Shown piece by piece: positions 33,587-45,216 of a stretch of 64,000 bases of DNA. The stretch's first letter is position 1. Every line of letters begins with the position of its first letter. The translations under genes were made by a program, and so were the position numbers. Source of the DNA: Sedimentisphaerales bacterium (lineage in GTDB: Bacteria > Planctomycetota > Phycisphaerae > Sedimentisphaerales > SM23-30); the NCBI GenBank assembly GCA_963663805.2, contig CAXXMR010000008.1, forward strand, positions 192,001-256,000. Reading direction: 5' to 3'. Below the pieces are notes generated by a model. That model was given only the letters and a program-made list of their open reading frames with translations, made no database searches and was not told the DNA's origin.

Positions 33587-35841
33587 TTAGTAAGAATTCA
33601 ATTTTGGCTGAGGGCGGCGAGATATTTTTTTGAGGATGTTGAGCATTTTTTTCTGGTCGAGTGGTTTAGTCAGATAATCATCGCAACCAGCCTGGGTGCA
33701 TTTTTCCCGGTCATCTTTCATGGCTCGAGCGGTCAGGGCGACGATAGGTGTTTTGCCCCCTTTGCTATTTAGAATGCGGGCGACTTCATAGCCGGTCAAT
33801 TTCGGCATCATCATATCGAGGAAGATAAGGTCGAAATTCTGAGCGAGAGCTTTTTCCAGGGCCTGTCGGCCATCGGAAACAACGGTGACGGTTAGTCCCC
33901 TCTTTTGGAGCATTCTTTTCATCAAAATCTGATTGGCGGGGATGTCTTCGGCAATGAGAACATTTCCGGCGAAAGTTTCCGGCTTAGCGGTCTCTTTTTT
34001 GGAGGGCGGAGTTGGGGCGGCAGATCTCTGTGATAAAAAGGTCTGGCCTTCCATATAGAAATCAGCGGGGATGGAAAGTGAGAAAGTGGAACCTTTGCCG
34101 GGCTCGGAAGTCAGGGCGAGTTCTCCGTTGAGAAGTCTGGCTAACTGTCTGGTGATGGTCAGGCCCAGTCCGGTTCCGCCGTATTTGCGTGAGGTGGTCA
34201 TATCGCCCTGGGCAAACAATTCAAAAATTTCCTCCTGCCGTTCCAGAGGAATTCCGATACCGGTATCTTCGACATCGAAACGGATGTGCATAAGATTATC
34301 TTTTTTCTCGGTTGAGACCCTGACATACACATGGCCTGTTTCGGTGAATTTAAGAGCATTGCCGATAAGATTAATCAAACTCTGCTGTAATCTGTTGGGT
34401 CGGTTTTTATCAAGGCTGGTAAAGCGTCTGTCTGGATAATCTTGAAATCCAGTCCTTCTTCCTCAGCTTTGTTTTTCATTAACAATTCGATTTGGTTCAG
34501 CAAATCGTCTAGGGGAAATTCGAGTATTTCGACATCAAGCTGGCCGGCTTCGATTTTGGAAAAATCAAGTATATCGTTAATCAGTCTCATTAAATTATTG
34601 CCGGAATTCACGATAATATCCACATACTGCTTCTGCTCGGTGGGTAGGTCGGCATCGGCTAAAAGATGGCTGAAACCCATGATGGCATTTAAGGGCGTTC
34701 TGATTTCGTGGCTCATATTAGCCAGGAAGTAGCCTTTGGCCTGATTAGCGGCCTCGGCTTTTTCCATAGCCAGGACCAGGGCCTTTTCGGTGTTTTTACG
34801 GTGGGTGATTTCGGCACTCTGGGCATTGTAGGTCCTGACAAGTTTCTGGTCTATCCGTCTCACGTAAATGTAGAAAAAGGCACAAACCAGGACCAGCAGA
34901 GATGCCGAGGAGGTTACCAAAACAGCCAAAATCGTTCTGCCCACGGCGAGCGAATGGGTAATATCTTTCAAGACCACAATTTCGCCGACTTTCTGACCAG
35001 CAGCGTCTATCAGAGTTACAAAACCGGTCAGGAAACTTTGGGAGGCCAAGGGTTCAAAGGAGAAATTTTCGTGATTGGCACGATACCGCTGGATTTGCGG
35101 CCCTATCAGGATGTCATATTGGGGAATGGTGCTGTCGATAAAGACAAAGTTGTCGAACTCGTCCCAGTTACCAATCTTGTTGAAAACTTTGAGGCCTGCT
35201 TCCCATTTTTTGCGTTCAAGGAATTGTTTTTCGATGAGAAAGATTATTTCCGAACCCAAAATATTTTTCATTTCAAGTGTTATATGCTCGATTTCCTCGC
35301 CCAGTTCGAGATAGCCAATCAGGTTCGCCGTCGGCGTACCAGGGCTGAAGCACGCGCAGGGTAAATGTCCCATATTTGCCAAGTTCGATACCGTAAAAAG
35401 GTTTATTCTGCCTGACGGTTTCGGCGAGGGTGAATCTGGTAACGAGGTCGCCGTTTTTGGTGGGGTTATGGACTCGCATAAAACATATTTTGTCGAGGCC
35501 GTGTACATAAAAGTGGGTTACGTTATATTTTTCGCGATAATGTTTAAAAATCGGCTGGGCATATTCTAACAGAGCGGTTTTGTCGTTGGCCAGGCGGGCA
35601 TTCTGGAGAGTTTTATCGTTTTTTTAGCAGGTCGAGCAGTCCATTAAGAAACCGAGCATCCTCGTCAATTTCCATCTGAAACAATCTGCGGGTTTCTTCC
35701 AGAGAAACGACGTGTTCCCGTTTCGATACTGTTGTATTGATAGCGATTGATTCCGATAATCAAAACGGTGAGGATCAGGGCAATAACGATAATGACCGGA
35801 AGCACAATATATTTGATAATATGTGGTTTCTTGACAGTCAT
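33587..35841 (-). CDS. Hybrid sensor histidine kinase/receiver with extracytoplasmic Cache-like sensor; several frameshifts
   Basis: N-terminal TM from ATG 35841; FLANMSHEIRTPL, NLIGNALKFT, GGTGLGL, receiver LIAED/LDMMMP/LTKP. Confidence 0.9.
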
Positions 35842-35892
35842 TTATCTGTGTTCCCAAATACGTTTTTTCTAGCCACGCATTTTACCGGTTTG

Positions 35893-37726
35893 TCAAACGA
35901 CCTGGCAATGAATCAAACTCATTTCGAGTTTGCCCCAGATTCTGGTCAGGATTATGGTGCAAATCGCGGTGAGGGCGGCACAGATAATCGCGGCTGTGGT
36001 TTGGCCGTACATGTAATATCCGGTGGCGAAAACGGCACTGTAGACCCCGATGCAACCCAGGAGCATGCAGAGTATGCCGCGGGGGCAGGTCGCCGGCGGT
36101 GGCGGTCTGGGCAATGGGTTCGCCTGCGGTTTGGGCTTTTTTGAGTACTGCGTTCCAGCCTAATCCGCCGGGGCGGACGAGACGGTAGAATTTTCTGAGG
36201 ACGGCGTCGTCGGCGGGACGGGTGAGGAAGGTGACCAAGAGCCAGGCGGCGGTGGTTATGGCTACGCCGGTGATGAGTTTCTGGTAATCGGGCAGGGTTT
36301 CGCTGTGATATTTGGGGTAAATGATTTCGAAATAGAAGGCTACGAAGAAAGAAACCACCATACCAGTTATCTCGGTCCAGGCATTAAATGCGCCACCAGA
36401 ACCAGCGGAGAATGAATATCAGGCCGGTGCCGGCTCCGATTTGGAGGAGAATATTGAAGGCCTGGAGAGCGTTGCTGAGCATAAGGGCGATGATGGCGGA
36501 GAGGATCATGAGAATGACGGTTGAGATTCTGCCTACTTGTACGAGTCGTTTTTCGCTGGCCTTGGGGGTTGATGAAACGTTGGTAGAAGTCGTTGACGAT
36601 GTATGACGAGCCCCAGTTGAGGTGGGTTGACATGGTTGACATATAGGCGGCGACCAGCGAAGCGACCACGATACCTAACAGACCGCTGGGCAGAAAACTG
36701 AGCATAGCAGGGTAAGCGATGTCGTCGCGGATGATTTCGGGGGCGACGTTGGGGAATGTTGCCTGAATGGAGGCGAGGTCGGGGAAGACGATGATTGAGG
36801 CCAGGGCGACGATAATCCAGGGCCAGGGTCTGAGAGCGTAATGGCAGGCGTTGAAGAAGAGGGTTGCGGCGATGGCGTTTTTTTCATCCTTGGCAGAAAG
36901 CATTCTCTGGGCGAGATAGCCTCCGCCGCCGGGCTCTGCTCCGGGATACCATACGCTCCACCACTGGACGGCGATGGGGATTAGCATTATGGGGACGAAA
37001 GTATCGAGGAAGCTGAAACCGTTTTCGGTCTTGACGATGGGGACGAGGTGGAGTTTGTCCGGCCAGGGCGGGGTGAGCGAAAAGGTTTTTAAGGCCGCCG
37101 ACTTCCGGCAGTGAGCAAGCAACCACCGCGGCGGCAACGGCACCGAACATGGCAAAGGCAAACAAAATAAAATCGGTGATTAAAACTGCCCGAAAACCGC
37201 CCAGACCGCAATATATCACGGTTACGATCAAGGCGACCACGATGGAATTAAAAGGTGACATATTGAGCAGGACACCGCCGATTTTTATGGCGGCGAGTGA
37301 AACCGTTCCCATAATCATGACGTTGAAGAACACGCCGAGGTAAAGGGCGCGGAAGCCGCGGAGAAAGGCTGCGGGCTTTCCGGAATAACGGATTTCGTAA
37401 AATTCGACGTCGGTCATTACGGCAGAGCGTCGCCAGAGTTTGGCGTAAATGAAAACGGTGAGCATACCGGTGATAAGAAAGGCCCACCAGAGCCAGTTGC
37501 CGGAGACACCGTTTTTACGGACGATGTCGGTGACGAGGTTTGGGGTGTCGGTGGAAAATGTTGTGGCGACCATGGAGACTCCGAGCAGCCACCAGGGCAT
37601 GGAACGGCCACCGAGGAAAAATTCAGCGGAACTACTACCGGCCCGTTTGGAGACCAACAGACCGATACCGAGAATAACCATAAAAAAGCCAATAATAATC
37701 GCCCAATCGATTGTTTGCAGATTCAT
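35893..37726 (-). CDS. Sodium:solute symporter (SSS) family; several frameshifts
   Basis: MNLQTIDW start with SD AAGGA; FFLGGRSMPWW, SMVATTFSTDTP, GGGGYLAQRMLSAK, AAYMSTMSTHLNWG. Confidence 0.9.
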
Positions 37727-37749
37727 GCGTTTTCCTTTGCCAACTAAAG

Positions 37750-40700
37750 TTACTCGAAAAACTGTTTGGGTCCAATCAGGTTTTGGCGACCTGTAGGGCC
37801 TGAATTTTTCGAGTTTACCGTGTTCCTCATCATAAAGCAAGGCTCTATGCAGGCCGAGATTATTGGCCTGGGGTGAGTCGATGAGGTTACTGGAGTTGGC
37901 GGAACTCATCTGGAAGAGAACTCGCATGTCAAATTCGCGGAGGGTGGCACGGTCGAACAATCTTTCGAGCGAGACGAGAGTGTCGATCCAGATTATGCAA
38001 TGTATGCCGACGAGTGGTCCTTCGCGGAGGATTTCGGCGAGTAGTTTGTCGGGTTTGGGTGGCGCATCGCTATCGGTCGAGAAGCTGAAATCATCTTCGC
38101 TGCGTCTGAGGTTGCGGTATCGGTGCAGTCCGTTGATGACGAGAAATGTGGTCTTAAACTTCTTGTTGTTGTTTTCGGTGCGACAGCGGACTTCGTGGGC
38201 TAACTGCTCGATGGCTTCGCTGGTTTGCTGGTAAGAAATCGTGCGGCATGAGGGCAATATTTTGGCGTAATCGACTAAGGACTCGGCTGCTTCAGTTGAA
38301 ACGGGGAGGTTTTCCATAACGATGAATTCGGCGGCGGGGTTTGTCAAGGCGGCGGTTAAACTTATTAATGAACTGCTGATAAGTCCCAGGGCTGAGGTTT
38401 CGCGTTGGCCCAGGATGAGCAGGTTTGCGCCGCTTTGGCGGTTGAATGTTACCGAGGTGGGTGATTTAACGGCCAGGGGTTCGCCGAGGAAGGCGGTTGC
38501 GTTTTGAGATTGTGCCGGTTGTTTGAACAGATTTATTAGAATCTGGTTGTTGCTCAGCTCGGCGGGAATGTTCCCTTCGAAAACTACCATGGGCTCGGCG
38601 GTTTGGGTTAATTTTTGTGACCATTGACTGATTTTTTCGAGATATTTATCGCGGATTTCGTCGCTGAGCCAGGCGGTCTGGAATGGGCTGTTGCCGGCAA
38701 TCATACCACCGGCATCATTATATATAGCTTCGCCGGGCCGGGAGAGTAGACGGGCGGCAAGATTATTGTCGTCGAGGATGATTTGGGAGTCGGCTTCGGA
38801 ACATTGCAGGGCGATACGGACGGCCATCTGCCCCATGGTCGAGCGGGCCAGGCCGGAAGCACCGGCGAGGGTCTGGGAACCGAGAATGACATGGACACCG
38901 AAGGCGCGGCCCTGACGAACGAGCTGTTCGAGCAGTACGGCAGCTTCCTGAGCGATGCGGTCGTCCTCGCCGAAAAAGACCTGGAATTCATCGACAATCA
39001 AAAGTGAACGGGGCAGTTTTTCGCCGGTGACCTGACGATATGAAGCGATATCCTGAGCGTGGGCCTGACGGAACAGTTGGCCGCGTCGGGCCATTTCAGC
39101 ATCGAGTTTCTGGAGGATACTGAGGCCAAACTCTCGATCACTTTCGATAGCAACGGTACGGGCGTGGGGCAGTTTGTTTTTGACGTAGGTTTTGAATTCA
39201 ACGCCGCGTTTGAAGTCGATAAGGTGCAAATGCAATTCTTCGGGCGAATACCACAGGGCAAGATTGGAAATAATAACATGGAGCAGAGTTGATTTTCCGG
39301 AGCCGGTTTTGCCGGCAGTGAGCATGTGCTGGGCCATTCCTTTGCCTAGTTCGAGATATTGCAGGCGGGTGGCACCGGTTCTGCCGATGGGTACTTTGAT
39401 AGCTTTGTCACTTTGCAGGGACCAATGTTCATCCGGTCCGGGGGCAATGCTCTGGAAGGGGATTTCTACGCGGCAGGCATCTTTGGTCCAGGAGCCGACT
39501 TTGTTCATTATATCGGTGAGCGTGTCTTCGGTGGGCGGGGTGTCGAGGCGGAGCGGAAAATTCTGCCAAACGATATCGCGTCGGCAGAAGCGACCGTCTT
39601 CGCAAACAACATGGACACTGCCAGAGCAGAGGTCTTCGTAATTAAAGCCGACGGGCAGTTCTCGGCGGTCGTCGTACATAATGAGAGTATAGACGCCGCA
39701 GCGGGGGCCACTGTTAATGATGCTGGTGAGTCGTTGGGCAGACTGCTCGTCGAAATTAGCGGGGAAATCGGCGACAACCAGGAAGCGGTAGGGTTCGGCG
39801 AGTTCGCCGGCCTGCTGGTTATATTGTTCGATGGTCTCGAACTCGTTGCGGAGATATTTCTGGATAACGTTTTCCATGTGCTCGGTTAGCTGGGTGAGCT
39901 GCTGGCTGATGTGGGCAGGCTCGGTCCAGATGCGTCTGCCGACTAGTGCTTCGTGATGGTCAGCGGCGTGCATGAATCCGGCGAAATTTTCTCCGAGTCC
40001 TACAGGGTCGATAATGGTGAAGTTTACGCGGCCGGGCGGCAAAGAGACGAACAGGCGGACCATTATCGAACGCAGGGCTTTGAGAGTTTGTTCACGTCCG
40101 GCGTGGCCTGTTTGTAATAACAATGAGGACGAACGGGGGAAAGATAGTAAGGCGGGCAGTTCGAGAGGTTTTTCGAGTGAGATGATATTTTGGACACGCT
40201 GGAGTACGGAGGGCGCGAGCATGTCGGTGGTGATTTCTATGTGGGCGAACTTGAAGAGCCAGTTGAACTGCGAGGATGGTTCAAAAGTATTCCAGAAAGC
40301 ATCGCAAAAGTCGGTAATCAGGCGGCGATCAAATTGGCTGGTTTGTTCGATGAGTTTTTCCAAGCAATTCAGACTCTGCCGGATTCGCTGGTTGAGCTGA
40401 TCCAGGGATTCATCGTGCTGTTGTTTGAATTGGCTGGTCTGGGTGTCGAATTTTTGCTGAATGTCCTGCAGTTGCTGTTCATGCTGCTGATTAAACTTTT
40501 GTTGAAGCTGCTGATGTTCCTTGCTCTTTGGCTTGGGTCTGCTGGCGGTGATCCTGTTCGATTTTTTGAAGGGATTGCTGATGGTTATTATCTATTTCGG
40601 TGAGTGATTCGGTGCGTTTATCCTGACAGGTTTTGGTTTCCTGCTCGAACTGATTTTGCCATTTTTCCAAATCGTGATCGCGGGTTTGATGGGTTTTGTC

Positions 40701-41656
40701 GACGAACTCATCGACTTCTTCCAGGGACAGACGGGCTTTTTCTTCGAGCGAAAGACGGGCACATGCGATGGCATGTTGAAACTTTTTATGCACATCATAA
40801 ACTGACTGGCGTCCCCGTTTGTATACGGTTTTTCCGCAGGGGAAAATTATTCCCAGAGTTAGCAGGAGAGCGGCAGGGCCCGCTGACATAAAACGAGACG
40901 CTACCTGGCGAGATCAACCGCGGCAAGAGCCAGGCCAAAACAATCATCAGGCTGCATATCAAAAGGGTAATGGCATAAGGTATGATGCCGATAAACAGAC
41001 GCGGCACCCACAAATGATGAAGCGTGTAGAGGAAGTTGTCAGCTTGCTCCTGATATTCATGGTAGTTTTTCAGGTCGGTTGGGTCGGGCAGTTCCAGCGG
41101 GTCCGATTCTGGCGTCTGGCCATAATAGTTCTGGGGGACTGCGTCGGCGGTCTGGCAGAGATTATCGAGTTTTTTATGGGCCGTGAGTTACGGCTTCTTT
41201 GATTTTCAGGCGTTCGAGCTGATATTTTTTGAGTTTGCCCTCGGCGATATTCTCAGCGGTCATGATTTCATAATCACAATTCTGCTTAACTTCGTGCAGA
41301 CGGGCTTCGGTATCGCTGATTATCTGGTCGCGTTTAGCGTGGGTTTGGGTTTCCAATTTTTTGAGCTGAGTCTGGTATTCCAACTTAATATTTGCGATAG
41401 TTTGCTCGTGATTTTGGCGGGCGGATTCTGAATGGGTCTGAAAGGTCGCTTCGGCGTGATCGCAGGCTTTTTGAGATTTTTCTGCCGCGTCGGCAGTGTT
41501 GCCTCGATAGATTGAGTTGATTTGTTTTTCGATGGGTTCGATATTGTGCCGGTCGAGGCGGAGGATTTCGGCGAGGGTTTGCCGCTGGATGGTGATGTAG
41601 TCGCCGTCGAGAGCGGGGGCAGGTTCAAGGAGATATTTTTGTAATTTTTCGCTCAA
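37750..41656 (-). CDS. FtsK/SpoIIIE-domain ATPase, EccC/EssC-like (about 1300 aa when frameshifts are repaired)
   Basis: Coiled-coil N-terminus, TM pair near 40850-41010, degenerate ATPase (IIDPVGLG, SGPRCGV), canonical GKTGSGKS/IDFK/LIVDEFQ/RQGRAFGVH, third degenerate domain (LREGPLVGIH). Confidence 0.88.
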
Positions 41657-41670
41657 GGTTGAACTCCTGT

Positions 41671-41883
41671 TTATTTACATTCTCGTCGGGCCTGGATAAT
41701 CAGGAAGGCGATACGCTCCAGAGCCTGCTCGGCTTTGCGGGTGTCGGCATCAAGGGGATTAATATAGGTTTTCTCAAACTGGTTACGTTTATTGTCACGC
41801 CATTGTTCAGCGGTCCGGCACCAGGTGTCCAGCAGGTGTTCTCTGGAGGCTTTGATACGAGTACGGGCATCATCTACACTCAT
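41671..41883 (-). CDS. 70-aa WXG100-like helical protein (W-R-D)
   Basis: Two predicted helices around EQWRDNKRNQFE; SD GGAGG; ATGA overlap with upstream gene. Confidence 0.65.
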   Translation of the reverse strand: MSVDDARTRIKASREHLLDTWCRTAEQWRDNKRNQFEKTYINPLDADTRKAEQALERIAFLIIQARRECK

Positions 41884-42472
41884 TTGGTGTCCTCCTTATC
41901 TTCGGGTGAGTCAATTTCCTTTGCGGGCCTGGTCAGCGGGGTGGTGTCGGTGTCGGGGGCGACTTCCGGCGAGGTGAAATCTGTTTCCAGTGAAGTGTAG
42001 GCATCGAGAGCGGCAGCTAACTGGTCGAGCTGAGCGCGGGCTTTGGGGATTTCGGTCTGGATGTGGCGGTTGAGGGCCTGAATCTGGCCTCGATATTCGA
42101 ATATTTTCTTTTTTCGAGGGTCTGTATCCAGCGTTTAACCCGCTCGCATTTCAGCTCGGCTTCTTTGACCTGGCGTTGGGCGGCGATAAAGTTTTTTTCT
42201 TCCTCATCGTAGGCCTGCCGACCACCCAGCGGAGATTTGTAGAGGTCTTTTTTGTTTTTGAGGGCGAGTTTGGCCTGGGTCATCTTGGCGGTACGCTGAC
42301 GGAGCTGGAGTTTCCAGTAACCAAGCTGGTCGCGCTTGAGCCATTCGATGGTGCGGCTGACATCGCTGTTGGATTCGTCGAGGGCACGGGTAGTATTATC
42401 AGCAAATGAAGCCAGAGCGGTTCGAAAGTCCCGGAGAATGTCGCTTGAGGCTATACGTGCGTAATCTGCCAT
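41880..42472 (-). CDS. Helical coiled-coil protein of the WXG100-FtsK operon; frameshift in A-runs near 42105-42115
   Basis: ORF 42017-42472 continues in a shifted frame (IFEYRGQIQALNRH...KEDTK) to TGA overlapping the next ATG. Confidence 0.7.
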
Positions 42473-42481
42473 GGCTTGGGC

Positions 42482-42755
42482 CTAGTGCTGCTGAAGGTAT
42501 TCTTCGATTAGTCGGGCTTTTTTGCCTAAAAACACGGAATGCTGGTGTGAAGATTCGACAAATCTGGCTAAAACCCGCATGGCTTGTTCAAATTCAGCCT
42601 GGAATTTTCTGCTGTTCCTGGTCCTTCCAGGTGCTTTCGAGGCTAATCATGCGGGAATGGAGCTTCTGCATACCGGCTTCGAGCTCGGCATTGAATTTCT
42701 GGAGCTCGCGGGCAAAACGCCTGAGTTCGGCGGGGTCAACATGAGCCTTGGCCAT
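42482..42755 (-). CDS. WXG100/ESAT-6 family protein, 90 aa (not in ORF track; one extra base near 42605)
   Basis: MAKAHVDPAELRRFARELQKFNAELEAGMQKLHSRMISLESTWKDQEQQKFQAEFEQAMRVLARFVESSHQHSVFLGKKARLIEEYLQQH; SD GGGAGG. Confidence 0.85.
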
Positions 42756-43185
42756 AACTACCTCCCAAAATTAAAGTTGTAACTCAACGCGAGTATAACG
42801 GGCAGGAGTTGAATGGAAAAGGTTAAAGTGCTAACGGCCAAGTGACAGCGAAAATTCGGAAAATCATAAGGCTTCAAGTGTCAATAAAACAGGCATCCTT
42901 TACACAGTCTTTGGCCTGGCTTGACTGTCCAGCTCGGCCACATCAGCATGACTTAGCGAGCTACTTTTCAAAGAGCAAAATTACCAAAATCGGGGCCGGC
43001 AAAGCGGTATCGCGAGCGTTTAACAACTACATCACGCCCCAGCATATTCCCATATTATGGTTGATATTTGCGACATACCATCCCGTATTAACCTTGACAT
43101 TTGGGAAGCTGAATTCTAAATTATAGTTGATATTTGGGAATGATGGCCGATATAATACAATGATAAGCTATCAGGAGTTCTGGTT

Positions 43186-44494
43186 ATGAAGCGAATAGCC
43201 GAAGAAAAAATACTGAAATGGGCCAATTCCGCCCGCCGAAAGCCTCTAATAATTCGAGGCGCCCGACAGGTGGGCAAGACCTGGCTGGTAGAGAATTGCC
43301 TGGCCAAGCAGTTTGATAATTTCGTAAAAATCGACCTTGAAAGTCAGTCGCAGTTCCACGACGCATTTTCTGGCGATCTTAGTCCCGAGAGAATGCTCAA
43401 TATAATAGAGGCCCGTACCGGCAGAATAGTTCCTGGCAAAACGCTTCTGTTTATCGATGAGATTCAGGGTTATCCGCGGGCAATTACGGCCCTTCGGTAT
43501 TTTTACGAACAATTACCCGAATTGCATGTCGTTGCCGCCGGATCAATGCTAGAATTTGCTTTCGGGCAAATCTCCGTTCCTGTAGGGCGGGTTCAATATC
43601 TGCATCTTCAGCCCATGACCTTTTATGAATTCATGTTGGCGATGGGCAATGATGTCGTAGCTGAAAAACTACTGGAACACCCCCAAAACCAGCCTGTTGC
43701 TATTGTTGATGCGATTCATGAACAACTTAGAAAATATTTCTTCGTTGGCGGGATGCCAGAAGCAGTCGCTGCTTATCGAAATACACATTCGATGCTGGAG
43801 GCATACGAAGTGCATTCTGAAATTGTCTCGTCGTATCGCGAGGATTTTGCCAAGTATCGTCCAACGGTTGACTACAGTTGCCTGGATACGGTTTTGGGAA
43901 ACGTTGCCCATACCGTCGGTCAGCAAATAGTCTATACCCGTCTTTATGAACATGCCACCAGCAAGACAAATCATAAGGCTTTTGATTTGCTTTGCCGAGC
44001 TAAGCTGATAAACAGAATATCTTCTTCCAGCCCATCAGGTTTGCCGCTTGGGTTTGGTGGCAGTAAACGTTTTAAGGCATCTTTGCTGGATATCGGCTTG
44101 ATGCAGCATATGTGTGGTATTGACCCGTCTATAGCCATCGGCAAAAAGGAGCTTCTTTCCATTTACAATGGCCAATTGGCAGAGCAGTTTGTCGCTCAAG
44201 AATTACTGGCCTGGCACAGCAAGAGTCTCTATTACTGGTCACGCGCGGAAAGAAGTTCTAACGCCGAGGTAGATTACTTAACTGTCCGTGATGGCAAAAT
44301 CTATCCGGTTGAAGTTAAATCAGGTTCAGCCGGTCGGCTCAAAAGTTGCATCTATGCCTTGAAACCTACCCCAACTGCGAACAGGGCTGGGTACTACAGG
44401 GTGGCCATATCGGGAACTACCGGAACAGAAACTTGTATTCTGGCCGCTGTACGCTACGCCGCAGCTGGGCGACCGTCAGTGTTTACCGTTGTAG
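43186..44494 (+). CDS. AAA_14/DUF4143 family ATPase; C-terminal frameshifts
   Basis: GARQVGKT, LFIDEIQ, AAGS, GGMPE, EQFVAQEL, AEVDY, PVEVKSG; repaired end LVFWPLY...TAG 44494. Confidence 0.9.
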
Positions 44495-44732
44495 TAAACG
44501 GCTTGCCGTGGGTGGAACTTGGGAATCATCGTTGTTTGTTGTTTTAATTTTTGAGATTAGAATTTGTTCAGGATTTAGAATTTAGGGCTTAGAATTTCCA
44601 GTTTATCTGGCTTAGGCAAGACGATACTGTCACAGAAAAACTGTGCCACATGCGTGCCACGAGCCAAAAACAGCGACAGCAAAAAAGGCATAAGCCATTA
44701 TCTAATAACAGCTTATGCCACAAAACAAATAA

Positions 44733-44817
44733 CGGAGGAGGAGGGATTCGAACCCCCGGAACGTTGCCGTTCAACGGTTTTCAAGACCGTCGCCTTAAAC
44801 CACTCGGCCACTCCTCC
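44733..44817 (-). tRNA. tRNA-Ser (UGA)
   Basis: GGAGGAGTGGCCGAGTGG...GTCTTGAAAAC...long variable arm...GGTTCGAATCCCTCCTCCTCCG. Confidence 0.97.
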
Positions 44818-45216
44818 GGCTGATAATCATTTTTGGCTGTTTATCTGTTGCCAATGATAAACTTGTAACACGAAAGGTGATAATAGTCAATATTCTGCTG
44901 GGCTGGATATTGACAAAAAGGCGGAAAAGTGCACCCTCAATCAAGCCGCGTATAAAATCTTGAAAAACAGACAGTTACACAGGCAGTCCTATATTAAAAT
45001 CGTCTTTCGGTCGGTGTCTATAATATCAGCGTATCTTTTTTTTATAAAAACTTGCTGATTCCATTATCCTCCTCTATTAATGTACAGATTGGGAATGCGG
45101 AAATAAATAACCTCACATGGGTAGCCATTCCGATAGAGTTCACAGAGATTAACGATATTATTCGTGCCGACCAAGGGCCACAAAAGCCCGGCCCGGCCCT
45201 GAAGAAACGGAGAGCT

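Noticed and set aside
36884..40363. 1159-aa FtsK-sodium:solute symporter fusion in the ORF track
   Set aside because: Removing one base near 37770 gives a TAA at 37750-37752, followed by SD AAGGA and the symporter ATG at 37726. This is most likely an indel artefact.
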